64,000 nt of DNA from Macrostomum lignano (Eukaryota). The DNA lies in NCBI GenBank assembly GCA_002269645.1, contig NIVC01003413.1, positions 35,245 to 99,244 on the forward strand, given 5' to 3'. The notes below the pieces were generated by a model, which worked only from the letters and a program-made list of their open reading frames with translations, had not been told where the DNA came from and made no database searches. Below, piece by piece: positions 24,301-38,100 of the stretch (its first letter is position 1; each line of letters opens with the position of its first letter). The translations under genes were made by a program, and so were the position numbers.

Positions 24301-27300
24301 CTATTATTATCAAACGTTTGATAATGATTGTTTAAATTTGGACTCTGATATGAGACATAGACATAGAAGAGGGACTCAGATAAATCCATAGAAAATTAAA
24401 ATTTGACCCAGAAAAGAAAGTGGGTAGTGTTACACTAAAACTAAGTAAGGTTTTATCAGAGAGTTTGTTTTCATTTGACTGCAGTATTTACAAGCTATGT
24501 CTATTGGGGCATCGAGAAGATGCCCAACTGGAGGACTTTATCCATTTCAATACCGATCATTCACGCTCTGAAGATCAGTTGCTCGGTGTCGTTCTACCGG
24601 ACGTCGAAGAAAGAAAAGATTTAAATACTAAGTACAGCATGGATAATGCCGAGTTGGATTCGCTTCCGAGAACAACCGAAGACTACATGTTCTCCTATGG
24701 TAACGCTTTTGGTAAATATATGAATGATTTGGGTCACTCTATCGACAGCCAGAAAACGATGGAGCATAGTAGCCTTAATGAGCACCTGCGCCTTTACTAC
24801 TTTCGGCTTATTAAACCCAATGGTGAGTTGTATTCTCCATCTAGTCTAGTTTGCATCCGAGCAGGTATCCAAAGATTTTTTTAATTATATAGTCAAGCGT
24901 CAGGTCAAAATTGTCGACGATCCTAGCTTTGCTACCGCCAATCGCATGCTTAGAGTTAAAGTGCGGGACTTTCAATCTAATGGAGGCAGTGTGAAGCGTT
25001 ATGAGCCAATAGAGCGCGCCGATCTAACCAAGTTGTCCAGCTACTTTGATCGCTCGACCGGAGAGAGGCTGCAGGATGAAGTTATATATACGTTGCTATA
25101 TATCCTAGGAGAGCGCGGTCAGGAACACCTCAAATACTTTCACCAGAAAGACGTCCTCATTGAAAAAGTCGACGGCGATGGCAACAACTATTTCGAGCTA
25201 CCGAGCCTCGTCACAAAGAATCAGAGTGCCGATCCAGCTAAGGCTAAGCGATTTAATCCAAAACAAGCGCGAATCTATGGAGCTCAATATGAGCTTATTA
25301 AGGCCTATCTCGAAGCTCTCCCTAATGAAACCAAGGACAATTCGTTTTTTCCAAAACCATTGGCCTACCGGGAAGGAAGGCTGCAGTTTTCCTCTAAGCG
25401 GGTGCGTGGTATTAATTGGCTAGGATCGTTCATGTCTCGACTAAGTACCCTGTGTGAGCTCAATAAAAAGTATACGAACCATTGCATTCGAGTTACTCGG
25501 GCTGCTGATTTACACGAAGCCGGCTACACATATTCCGACATTATAAGTACATTATGAGTATGACTGGACAGCAAAGCGAGTCTACTGTCAGGAGGCACCT
25601 ATCGAGGAAGAAGGATCATACACTGCGAGACATGGCTACGTCTGTTGGAGAAGCTTTACAACCAAGTGTGTCTTCTTCTAGCTCATTGGCCAAGACGTCT
25701 CGACCGTTTGAAGAAGAAATATCAACCGTGTCGCACATGACGGATGTTTCTAGCCAGAGCATTTCGCTTAGTAAGCAAAATGTCTCCAGTGTCTTCTCAG
25801 GCTGCCACTTCTCAAATTGTACGTTCAATTTGAGCAACTAGGTTTACAGTCACTAGAAATAGGTCGTCTCTGCTTCGTTGGGAATTTAGAATTTTAATCT
25901 TAAAAATGCATCAAACTTACTGTTCTATTTCGTACTGTACTGTGACTGTTTTCCAATGTACCTTTTGCCAATTCCGCACCATTCAATGCCACTTTGTGTT
26001 TATTCATATCAAAAATATGCTTAAACGTGTATTACAGTATGAGTTTACTAAATACGCTCGTATAAACCCTGTTATTTGACCATAGTCTATGGTCCAAAGT
26101 TGAAAAAATCGTTTGATAATGAATGCATTACTTTTGATAAGATAATGGATTAATAATCAGCGGTCCCAGTGCGTGACAACGATTGTCTGGCAAGCGCCGG
26201 TAGGCGCGAGCCATAGACAACTCGTTGTCACGTGCTGCGACCGCTGATTCTTTGCATTGTTTTTCTGTTTGACGATCCTACAGACAATGCATTGTTTTTA
26301 GTAATGGATTGTTCTGCATTAAAAGTGTGAATAATGATCGTCCAATCGCTAAACAATGAAAGAAAGAGTGTGATAATGACTAAATTAACTTCACGTATGT
26401 CCAAAAAATTGTTAAAAGGTATACTAAATCTCTAATCTATGTCTGTGGTAATTTTGCTTTAATGCTTCCCTGTAAAAATGCTTTGCCTTCAAGGCTCATG
26501 GAGGTAATTACTGGAATGCTGCGGCTGTTGGGAGAATCGCCGACGTTGTTAGGGTAAGATTAATCACATAAACTATAAATTAATTGGGCTGTCAAAGGTG
26601 AAAGACTCATTGGGGAATTGCTAAGATGTCAAGGCTCATGGAGATATCTGAATTATAGTGTGGCTTAATGCTCAGAGGGAATTGTTGTGATAGCGACACA
26701 TGAGGATATTGCCAACATCTTGTGGCTCAAAAAAAGTTGCTGAGATATCAAGGCTCATTGAAGGAATCGCTAGGATGTCAAAGCTCACGGGGGATCCCTG
26801 TAATGCTGTAGGCTGACTCTTGGGGTATTTCGGACTTCGGAGCATGCCAAGATTCACAGAGGAATGGCTAAGATTTCAAAGGCTCCTAAAGGGAATAGCA
26901 GAAATTCAAGAAATGTTAAAGTTCATTAGGTAATTGTTAAAATTCTGTGGTTCATGGTGAGGATTGCTGAAATGTCCTGACTTGGCACTTTCACACGATT
27001 CATATGATTGAACCCTAAATGTACCAATATCAAAAGGTTAATCCCTAAATTTTCAAGCTCATGGAGGAACGGCTAACATGCGAAGACTCACTTATGAGTT
27101 AGGGCAAGGAATTATAAATCCTACTGGAATGACAACTGTGAGGACTAGTTTATACAAGATGAGGCTTACTGCGATTGCCACAGACAGGATTTGTTTGCCG
27201 CATCAACTTAGATTGCCAAAAAGAAGAAGCAACTTCGTTCGCCTTATTTTTTCTTAGCCTGTAGGCACTAATATGTCAGAGTGACTTTGCTGAAACCAAG

Positions 27301-29106
27301 TCTCTGCGTCCTCTGCAGAATTTTTGCGTCCTCTGCATGCCAAATAAATGCGCCGTTTTTTTTGCAAGTTCGACAGCGAGTTGGCAACGGCACGGTCAGC
27401 GAGGATTTCATTCCACAAGTTTCCGAATCGAGACGACCTACTGGAAAAATGGTTAAAGAGCATTTCCCGAAAAGCAAATTTCAAACCATCGAAGCACATT
27501 CGAAGTTGCTCTCTTCTCTTCACGGAATCAGATTTTATTACGGAGAATCAGGACAACAATGCATATCGGAAAAAGAAACAACACGAAGAAGGTGCCAATC
27601 TTGAAAAAAATTAAGAGAAGATGCAGTTCCCACCCACTACAGCACGACCAGCATGCCATCATATTTTACAAAAACTCCGCCAGCTTCGCGATCAGGAAAC
27701 GCATCGTCGCAACGGCGTCACGAGATTGAAATCGCACAGGTGGAACAACAAGAGAGATTATTTCGCCAGTGAAAGAATTCACTCACTTGAATATTTTGTC
27801 GCTAAGTTTTCGAAAGAGAAGAAGCCGTGTGGATTTGCTGCGCGTCAATCAGCAAACAATCTCAGCATTATGCTTATAGCCAATGGTCTACCTCCCTTGA
27901 TCAAGAGTTGCATAGTCGTGAATTGTATGTTGGAAGTCCTAGTTTTTTATGGCAGTCGGGCAGCATCGCCAAAACAGTACAGCCACATCATTCCAGCGTC
28001 CTAAACTCTGAGTTCAGCCACGCAGCTTGTAAATTTAATGGCCATTGTGAAGTCTTCAACTGAATCCAATACATTCCACGTTGACCACAAAGAGAGGCTG
28101 CTCTAGATAATCTCAAACAGTTGCTCCAGCAGGACAATTGTCCGTCGGACGGCAGTGCGCCGTCTTGCCTGGCTTTTATTTCTAATCTGGCGGCCGAGAT
28201 TCGTGAAGAAGTTTATCTTAACTGTCTACCGGACAAAAGTGACATGGCCACAGTTTACTATGTTAGTGGTTTCTTTGCGAGCTCATCAGTTAGGAAGAAG
28301 AAGTGGGAATCATGCAAACAGACTCTGGTGTGCGAAAATTCGATTGTGGACTTTGAATTTGAAGAGACATCTCAAATGAAAGAATCGTCGGACCTTCTTC
28401 GTGAAATCGATCGAGGTGGTCTCTTCTGGTCGCAGGAGAATCTGTTTCAGTTGGGCATTATGTGCTGGCGTGTCTTCACAGAAGTCAAGAACACACCCAA
28501 CCTAAAAAGACAAACTTCTGTCAGCTTCCAATCAAAGGGAGACATTTTGTTTCGTGATGGACCTCCTGCTGACAGATCATGGTGACTTTCTATTTGGTAA
28601 GACACACTGCACCGCTGGCCATGATCTGGTCCGCGAGATCATCAACAAGTTTTTCAATTGCATGTCAAAGATGCTAACAAAGCAGATCAATAAAGATGAG
28701 ACAAACAAAACATTGAAGAGGAAGCTTACAGATAGATAAACGGTTTATTTCACTCGCCCAAAGAAAATATTAAAACGCTGCTTCTAACTGCTCACTTGGC
28801 ATAGACCAGACATCAAATTACGAGTAAATGGTGGATACAGCACATATTTCCCAATAATAGCAAGTGTCTAGGGCAAAAATGCTTTCGTGCCTAGCTTATA
28901 TATAACCATATATTTGGTTATATATACCATATATTTCCCATTTACTAAGCAGCTGCTCACCCTGCGGCTCCTGGCAGTCAGATGTCACACAGATTTTCAG
29001 TGACTGCTGGCACTGAGGTCCCGTGAAACCCAGATCGCACTTGCACTCTTCACGGTGATAGTAAGCTGAAATGGTGACGAGTGAGTGAGTCAATAAGTCA
29101 GTCAAT

Positions 29107-29138
<32 letters not shown>

Positions 29139-29139
29139 C

Positions 29140-29171
<32 letters not shown>

Positions 29172-32100
29172 AGTCAGTCAGTCAGTCAGTCAGTCACCCA
29201 CTCACTCAAGTCAGTCAGTCAGTCAGTCAGTCAGTCAGTCAGTCACCCACTCACTCAAGTCAGTCAGTCAGTCAGTCAGTCAGTCACTCAAGTCAGTCAG
29301 TCAGTCAGTCAGTCAGTCACCCACTCACTCAAGTCAGTCAGTCAGTCAGTCAGTCAGTCAGTCAGTCAGTCAATCAGTCAGTCAGTCAGTCAGTCAGTCA
29401 GTCAGTCAGCTACTCACCCGTGTCGTCAGCCATGCCGCAGTCAGGGCAGCAGCGGCTCCTGCTCCCGCAGTCGCACACCACAATCCTGGGAGTCCACACC
29501 GTGACGGCTCCGACCTCGTCCACCGCCGCCAGCTGCAGTTTGATGTCGTCTCGCCAGTTGTCGACGGGCTGCCACACGAGCTGCCAGCTGCCGCTGGCTC
29601 CAGCCTCCAGCTTCGCGGTCCCCCCGACGGCCTCCAGCACGGTGACATTCGGTGAGGCGCCGTCGGGATCCGTGACGGAGAAGGTGACACTGACGCTGTT
29701 GTTGCCGCTCACTCGTAGCTGGCTCGGGGCGCTCACGAACTGCGGTGGTCGGTTGGCCAGGACGACCCGGGTTCGAGTCTCGTCTTGAATGGCGACGGCC
29801 GCGTCTTGAGCGGCTGCGACCGAGCGAAGCTGAGCGGCGTCGAACATGCAGGTGAGGTCGGAGGAGCCGGAGCTGCGGCACACCTGCCAGGGCGGAGCGA
29901 CGAGGGAGTCCATGCACCATGTGTACAGTCTTTAATATATGCAACAACTTGTCTATTTTCACATTAAGTAGTGGATCCAGTACATCAGACAGCATGTTAA
30001 GACGGGCGGTTTTTTAGCGCTATTTTACCGCCACAGGTCAGAATTTTCATTTCGCTTGATCATGATCATGACCGTATGTCAGGAAATTTTACTCTCAAGG
30101 GTCAAATTACCCAATAAATTCACACCAGGACTCATGCAGCATAAACATTTCTGCCTTCTCCCGAATACTGTAGTTCCACATTAGCACATCTTAAATTCAA
30201 CCTGTCCACTCACCTCTTCCGAAGCGTTCTTGAGCTCCGCGTTTCCGCCGAACAGCGCCAGCATGTTGTCCTTGAAGTCCTCAGCAAAGGTCGGTACGAA
30301 GCTGAGATTGCAGAAGTCAGCTCGGCCCTTGCCAGCCGGGTAGTGCAGGTAGCTCGAATCTGAGCTCTCGAGTCTCCAGCTGTTCCCGAACTCAAACAGC
30401 TGCCTCTCGGAGCTGCCAGCTGGCAGGACGCTGCCGTTTCTCAGTCTGAATCCGCTCGCGTCGCTGTTGCCTAGCAACCCGCAAAGGCCTCGCGAGCATT
30501 TTTCTGCGTTTGAAAGTAGAACGCCGATTCTGAGCGAGCTCGTCTCCATGGTAACGGTGACGCTGACGCCGGCAGACTCGTCGACAATGTCGATGGTGCT
30601 GTTGTCGGGGACCTCCAGTCGGTAGCTGTCCAGTCTGGTCGCGTTGTTCAGCGCCGCCAGCTCGCCCCTGACGCTGCCGATCCGACGCCCGTCGCTGCTG
30701 AAGACGTCGAGGTCGTCGGAGCTTTCGTTGCGGATCACCGACACGGCCAGCTCGTTGAGGCCGGACTTCAGCGCGACGCCGACGAAGGCCGTGGCGGCTC
30801 CACCGCTGACTGGCGCGGTGCGCGCTTGCAGCCGTACCGTCGGTGAGTTCGGCCAGCACCTGCACCAGTTGTAGATCAGGTGGTACTCGCAATGACCGTT
30901 GAATGTGTAGCTGCTGTTCGAGAGCGTGCTCAGGTGAGGGTCGCCGCGGATGAAGCCTGGATATCGGAGGTTGGTGTTTGGTTTGATGCTTATAAGTGAC
31001 CTAAAGCAGTTGAGCGTCAGGAAGCTGCCAAGAGTGAGCAAATAAACAAACTACTTAAAATATTGGTACTCAGAGCTACAGTTACAGCAAATCAGTTACC
31101 TCCAACAGGTGGCTGGTAGTTCTTGCTGGTGCACACGGGTCTTACGGCAGAATAAGCGGCCATCATTCCGGCCGCTGAGCAGACTCTTAGGCCGTACAAC
31201 TCATTTTGATACTGCTGAGACCGGAGGCCAAATCGAACTCGGTTAGTCGTTCTTTTCCGATAGAAGTACATTGCGTGTCCGGCGCCGTCTGAGCTGCTGT
31301 TGATGAGGTGACCAGCTACAAATGATTGTTTTTTTTAATTCAGTGGACTAACACTTATATATATTTTACCATCAGCTTCGAGTTATTCAAACTTTTACGG
31401 TCAATTTGTGACTCACTGAATGACATGTTGAACATGATCCGTCGCAAGGCAGCTCTCACTTTCCAAAGGGCATCACTTCTACGGCACAGCTGACTGATTT
31501 CGCTGCCAGCAGCTGCTGATGACATTCTGTAGCAGCAACTGGTCGACACCAGCTGACTGCACTTTTGAAGCTGGCAGGCCAAGGAATAAGAAGGTCTACA
31601 TCTGCTGTACATGTAACTGAACTCTTTTGCGCAATGGTAGCTGGTGTTGCGGAAGCACATCCGGATGCTGTCACTGGAGCACTCAAACTCGTACGGACTG
31701 TACCGCTTGTCAAGGACTGCCGTGCGAAGATCGAAGGGACAGTCGGAGCAGCCTGGAAAGACAGAGCGGCTCTGGTTGGCTCTGGCGGCTGCGATCCAAC
31801 TGCCGCACTCAGATAAAACCCTTTTCCCGATGCTCAGCACGTGACGTCCGGGTCTTCCCGAACTTCCGGGACTCAGGTTGGGCAGCTCGGGCCAGTCGGG
31901 GCGCAGGCTGAATGGCAGCTCTTTCCGAACGAAAACATTATCCGTGAATCCTGAGAATGCCATCAGGTTCAACGTTGGATGGCTCCAGTTGAGGATTCTC
32001 GGCACAGGCAGGTGGAAGTCGCCGTAGTTGAAAATGGCGTATGAGTGAGTCTCGTTGCGCGTTACAACTGCTTGGAACTCGATGCTCTGAAATTGCATGC

Positions 32101-35100
32101 AGTAAGCAATTGTGCTCGATTGAGAAAGAGCTGAAAAGCTTGATTTGCGGTCAGCTCTCCAAAGACGAAAAAAGTGTAAATTCGTTACTTGTTGCTTCGT
32201 TCGGACTGCGTTTCATTAATTTCCAAAGCATGGAGATTCTTAGCACTCCCATGCATTGGCAGATCTTTATGAAAGAAATAAAATGCAGGCGTGACACGCT
32301 TTGCTTCGACTTTTGGCTTCGCTTTGAAAAAACTATTGAAGCTAAGTCCTTGGGATCTTATCAGTGACGGAAAATTCTAAAGTAGATGTACAGCTGTGCA
32401 AGAATATTTTGCGTCCATTGATACCGGTTTAGTAGTTGCGCTGCAAGAATCCTAGCAGATGCGCTACAAAATCTTAAATGCCGTTTCAGCCTTAGCTACA
32501 AACTACGATATTTTCTGGGTCATTGCCAGCAAACAGAAGTGCAAAATATTTCTCTGGGAATGAGCTGTGTCACCTCGGAGAGATTTCCCCACTTACAGCA
32601 TTTGCCTTGGCTCGAGAACACAGGCCCAGGCAGAGGTCGAGCCAGCCGTTTTTCTCGTCCCAAGCTTGCCTAGAAGTGCAGTTCGAGACGCAGTCGAATC
32701 GGTTCCCATAAGGCAGTGACGGCGTCAGAATGCGCCAAGTCACGATGAGCGCCGTCAGAGGGTTGAACTTGGATCGAATCTCCTGCTCTATGATCTGCTT
32801 GACCGCGCGCCAGTTCGACCTGGTGCTGTGTTTCCTCGAATTCAGCAGCTCGTAGGAAACCTTCGGAGTCCAATAGTTGGTGGCAGGCTTAACGAACCAG
32901 TAAGGCGCCACGACGGCTCCAGTAAAGTTGATCTTCGCCGAGGTAGAGTTGTATGGTAAATACCCCAGGCGATAACCAGAGAAACTGATGGCGCCGTAGT
33001 TTGTGAGCTAGGGTGTTGATGATTCTTTATTATTAAGTACACACAAAAAGTACAAGCACAATTATCGTTATCATGTTTCAAGACATCCTAAAGTAAAGAT
33101 ATAAAGATCTATACTTTAAGATATAAAGATATTAAGTAAAGATATTTAAAGAATTTTTTTTAAATGTAGTTGATTTGAGCCGATTTCCTCTCATCTCAGA
33201 AGAAAAAGTCGTCAATTTGAAGTTACCGTTTAACTCTGTATGCAAAGTAGGATGTTGCAAAGCAGGACTTACTCGAAAAGACAAACTTTCCTGGCTGGCA
33301 ATCAGAAACGGAGCGCCACGTGGAGCGGAAATGGTGCGACTGTACCATCTACTCCAACGGGTTGCATTTACTCTCGATAGGAGCATTTGAGCTGAAAAAT
33401 GCATCCGGGATTGAGACAATTCGAGTGACTTCAGCCAAGTTATAATACAAACAAGATATTGAAACCCGTGGATTTTGAACCTGCTGAATTCCAATCTATT
33501 TTTTTGCATACAGTTAATAAAAATTGGAGTAAATTCGTGTTAAGTTAAGATTTGAGGCTAGCATAGATCTTGTTGGTTGAAGCTGACAAGCAACGGCTGT
33601 CTAAGGCATCCAGTAAACTTAGGCCTCCAGCCTCTGCCTCGCTTTATATGTTCCTTAGGTCCCTTTAAAACTTCCATCTTCTTTTCTCTTCTCTCTCATC
33701 TCTTGTCTCTCGTCTTTCGTCTCTACTCTCTAATCTCTTTTCTCTCCGCTCTCCTCTCTCCTCTCTCCTCTCTCCTTTCTCCTCTATCCTTTCTCATCTC
33801 TTCCCACTCCTCTCTCTCCCTCTCTCCTCACTTCCCACGTCTCTCCTCTTTTCTGTCTCTCCTCTCCTTTCTTCTTTCTACCCTCTACTCTCATTTCTCA
33901 TCTCTCCTCTCATCCCTCCTCCCTTATCTCTCCTCACTTCTCCCTCTCTATCCCCCCTCTTTCTCTCGCTTTCTTCATGAGCTCATCTCTAATATGTACT
34001 TCCCTATTCTTCTTTAAACTCTCTTATCTTCGCTCTCTTATCATCTCTCATCGGTCTTCTCCTTGACAGAAGTCAATTTTCTGGACACATTACCGTCTTC
34101 TGGGACCGCGATGGCGACAACAAGAGTCTGGAAACCAGGGTGCACTTTAAGCCCACCGACAGTTGAGCCCTCATCCACCGCGGCTCCTTTCATTTCTGGT
34201 GAAGTCCCAGCTGCTCAGGTACGCCCGGCGGTGCTCCCGGATGGTCGACTTCGACACAGCATGCACCGGTTCTGATGTCGAATCTGGTGCAGCACCAAGG
34301 CTACAGCCGGCGTTTCCTCCGCACCATCAAATACGACGTGCCGACTGAGCTGGGCTTCTACCCGACCAGACGTTGGGAGTTCGGCTTTCTGCTGTGGAAC
34401 CCGGCTCGGCTCTGCAAGTGCCGCCCTGCCAGGCGCACGCCCAGTTCAACACCGTCTGTCGCGGTTCAGCAGCCACCACCGTCCAGATTCTCATCAGCCA
34501 TAGAATCGAATGTAACGCCACGAACACTGTCTATGCCGTGTTCGACAATACGGTCTACGTCGGCGAGACCGCCAACAGCATCCGCGATAACTCGAGTTCC
34601 ACACGGCGCCAACGAACTTGCCGGTGTACTGCACAAACCGACCATCCCGCTGATCCTGCCACTGTGCGACCTCCGACGCTCTGGCTGCCAAGGTGAAGCA
34701 CAGGGTGACACGGCACTGCGAGACCCCGGTGCTGCCCCCCTACACCAAGGGGAAAAGCCTCCGAACAAGCCTCCAAACTTTGCTCTGCCACAGTCGGCTC
34801 GAATCTGCCAACTAATTCCTTTTTTGACGCATGCACAGAGGTCATTTTACTTCTGTTTTTTGCACTCCTCTTTGATTTAATTTGCTTTATTTTGATGATT
34901 TTTTACTGCTTTTTTATTCGAAAGTATTTTTGACACTGTGTACAGTGCGCCTGCATGTTTTTCACTCAGCATTTACAAACTTTTTATTGTATTTACCGTG
35001 CCTACTTATTTTCCTTTATATATTTTCAATTGTTTTATTTTACTTAAAGGTTGTTTGGGCCCGCTTGTAAAGTGTTAGCGACCCCTCCGTATTTCTCAGA

Positions 35101-38100
35101 GTCTCAGACTCGTTTTAAAGTACTGGCCATGCGTACTGTTATATGTGCTTGTGCACTCTCTTTCATCGATTTCCCTCCCTGGCGTTATTGTCTTTTAATA
35201 TTGACGGCAATTCGTGCGATATAAATTTTATACTAGCTTACAGTCTTGATTAATAGTAAACCTACTCTAAATGTTTACTTTATTTTAATTGACTTTTCAG
35301 TCCTTATTTTACCGAGTCAGAGCCTGAGATTTGAGGTGCCCTTCTCTCTCTCCCTCCCCCCTCTCTTCATCCCTCCATTCATCTCTTCAGCTCATCTCTA
35401 ACATGTACTAGCCTATCTTCTCCTAACTCTCTCATCTCTTTTCTCTTTTCTCATCTCTCTGCTCTTTGCTCCCTCATCTCTTATCTATTTTTCTCATCTC
35501 TTGTCTCTTTCCTGTCTCCCCTTCCGTTTCGCCTTTTCTCTACTCTCATCTCTCATCTCTCATCTCTGCCCTTTCATTTCTACTCACTTTCTTTCTCTTC
35601 CCTTTCGCCTCTCTTCTCTTCTCTCTCCTCTTGCCTCTCCCCCCTCTTCTCTCCATCTCTTGCTTGTGTTTTCTCTCTTTTCTCTCCCCTTCTCTCTTTC
35701 TTTCTCCTTGCTCCCCTCTTCTCTCTTTTACGATCTTCGATCTCTTCTCTCATTCTCTCTCTCGCCTCTCTTCTCTTTTCTAATCATTTAAATTTCTTCT
35801 CCTTTCAACTCTCATCTGGCCCGCAGCCATGAGCTAGATTTTTTATCTGGCCATTAGGTAAAATTGAATTCCTAATTTCGCCCTGCTTCGAAAGTAAAAC
35901 CAGTTTGTGGGACATAGTACTCTCCTCATGGACAGTCATGGTTGATTCATTCCGTCCGCTGTTTGCTGACTGCTTTGATCACGTCATCTTTCTGGCCAAT
36001 TCTGGCCAAAAAGAGATAAAGTCCTGAGAGGAATTTATGTATCTCCAGTTCCACTGCAGTCTGCAGCGGTCTAACAACCAAGGAAATACACATTTCTATG
36101 GAGCATGCACGTTTAAGTAAAACTTAGTGATGAAATTTCCATGGCGTAGCTAATTTAGTAGGAGTATATGGCAATCATTTATTTTTCTCTTTTAGTTTAC
36201 AAACTATGCCGCCTTGCCAGTTACCATCCACTGTTAAACTGCCAGAGTTGCCTATACAGTGGACAGTGATTAGAACTTCTCACTAAACTGCTATGGCTAA
36301 ACGTATAGCTTCTCCATGGGGTGCAGAGAAGGCTATGAATAACGTTATTCCAAAACACTTCACATTTGCTATGTACACTGAGCCCTATCGCCTGACTCTT
36401 GGTCTGGGGTGGGGATTCGGTGAATGAGCGAGTGAGCGGACACAATCAACAGAAAAAGCAGACATATTTCACATGCTTACAGTTTCTGTTCTGATTGATA
36501 TACAGAGTTGAGAGTTGAGACAGATATCAAGTCAATAAAGAATTGTACAAGTTTGAAGTCAATGGCTTTACGTGGAGCAAACTTATGGCATCCTAATGGT
36601 ACGAGTAGTCAATTTTAAAACCCCCTTTTCAACATCTAGAGCAGATAAAGGGAGAGAGGCGGAGGTTGGGGTGGTTGCTACGCTGACAAAAAGCAGACTA
36701 ACTTTAAATGTGCACAGCGCCGTTCAGGATATGCTAAAAAAATTCGAGACTCGAAAATTTACACGATTGTATCAAAACAGTTGAAGATTGTTTGTGTCAA
36801 TTTTAAAGAGGATTGGTAAAAGTGGAGCGGCGCTATGGGGATTGAGTGAAAAAAATCCTGCTCTTTAGCAGTTGTTTGCTTTTAGGGTAGGAAGACTTGG
36901 ATTTAGGAAATTTTATTTAAGGTGGACTATGACACTTTCCTAATAGAGTTTAGGGTTGGTGCAAAATTTGTGTAACATGGCTGAGCAGTTTGGGAGTAAG
37001 GGAGACACGTCAAAGACACACACGGTTTTAATTTTTATAGGTATAGATATATCACGCCAACTCACGATAGCAGACAGTCCCGTTGCCATAGTAACCCGGC
37101 TTGCAAATGCAATCAAATGAGCCGATCAGGTTGATGCAGTCGGCATGAGCATCGCATTTGGAGCTGCTGAGACACTCGTCAACGTCTGTAATTGGGTTCA
37201 GTTGATGGCCGATCAAATACAAGCACAAGTTTTGTTATAATAAGCCGAATTTATTAAAAGTTAGTAAAGTCGAAGGTTTTCACTTACCGGTGCAATTATC
37301 AGTTCCGTTTCCTTGAAACCCATCGAAGCAGGTGCAGTTGTACGACCCCGGCGTGTCGGTGCAGGTAGCGTACAGACCGCAAGGCTTCGAATCGCATTTG
37401 CTCACGTCTGCAATGGTAGCATCAGCCGGATAAAGAAATAAAGAAAAACGGGTGATCAATGGAATCAACAAAACATCACATCAACCTCACACTAGCACAC
37501 ACATCAGATATACAACACACACACAACGGAAAAACAAGAAAACACACAATAAGACCCGCAAGACTAAAACACAGATTATAAAAGCAACAATCAGACAAAC
37601 AATAACACGAGAGGAAAGTCTACGACAATAAATTTCAGATTGTGTGAATCTACTGCAATCGGGTAATCTACTGCGCAACTGCTCACCTTGCGGCTCCTGA
37701 CAAGCAGATGTGAGACACATTTTCACTGACTGCTCGCATTGGGGTCCTGTAAATCCTAGGTCGCACTTGCACTCTTCACGGTGATAGTAAGCTGCAATGG
37801 TGACGAGTGGGTGAGTGAGTGAGTGAGTGAGTGAGTGAATGAGTGAGTGGGTGAGTGAGTGAGTGAGTGAGAGAGTGAGTGAGTGAGTGAGTGAGTGAGT
37901 GAGTGAGTGAGTGAGTGAGTGAGTGAGTGAGTGAGTGAGTGAGTCAGTCAGTCAGTCAGTCAGTCAGTCAGTCAGTCAGTCAGTCAGTCAGTCAGTCAGT
38001 CAGTCAGTCAGTCAGTCAGTCAGTCACTCAGTCAGTCAGTCAGTCAGTCAGTCAGTCAGTCAGTCAGTCAGTCAGTCAGTCAGTCAGTCAGTCACCCACT

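Noticed and set aside
29081-29788. SQSV-repeat ORFs (also 37935-38499)
   Set aside because: Read-through of (GTCA)n, which lacks stops in these frames; antisense to the real exon
33577-35791. Leu/Ser-rich 'membrane protein' ORFs (33577-34017, 35466-35791)
   Set aside because: Artefacts of CT-rich low-complexity DNA
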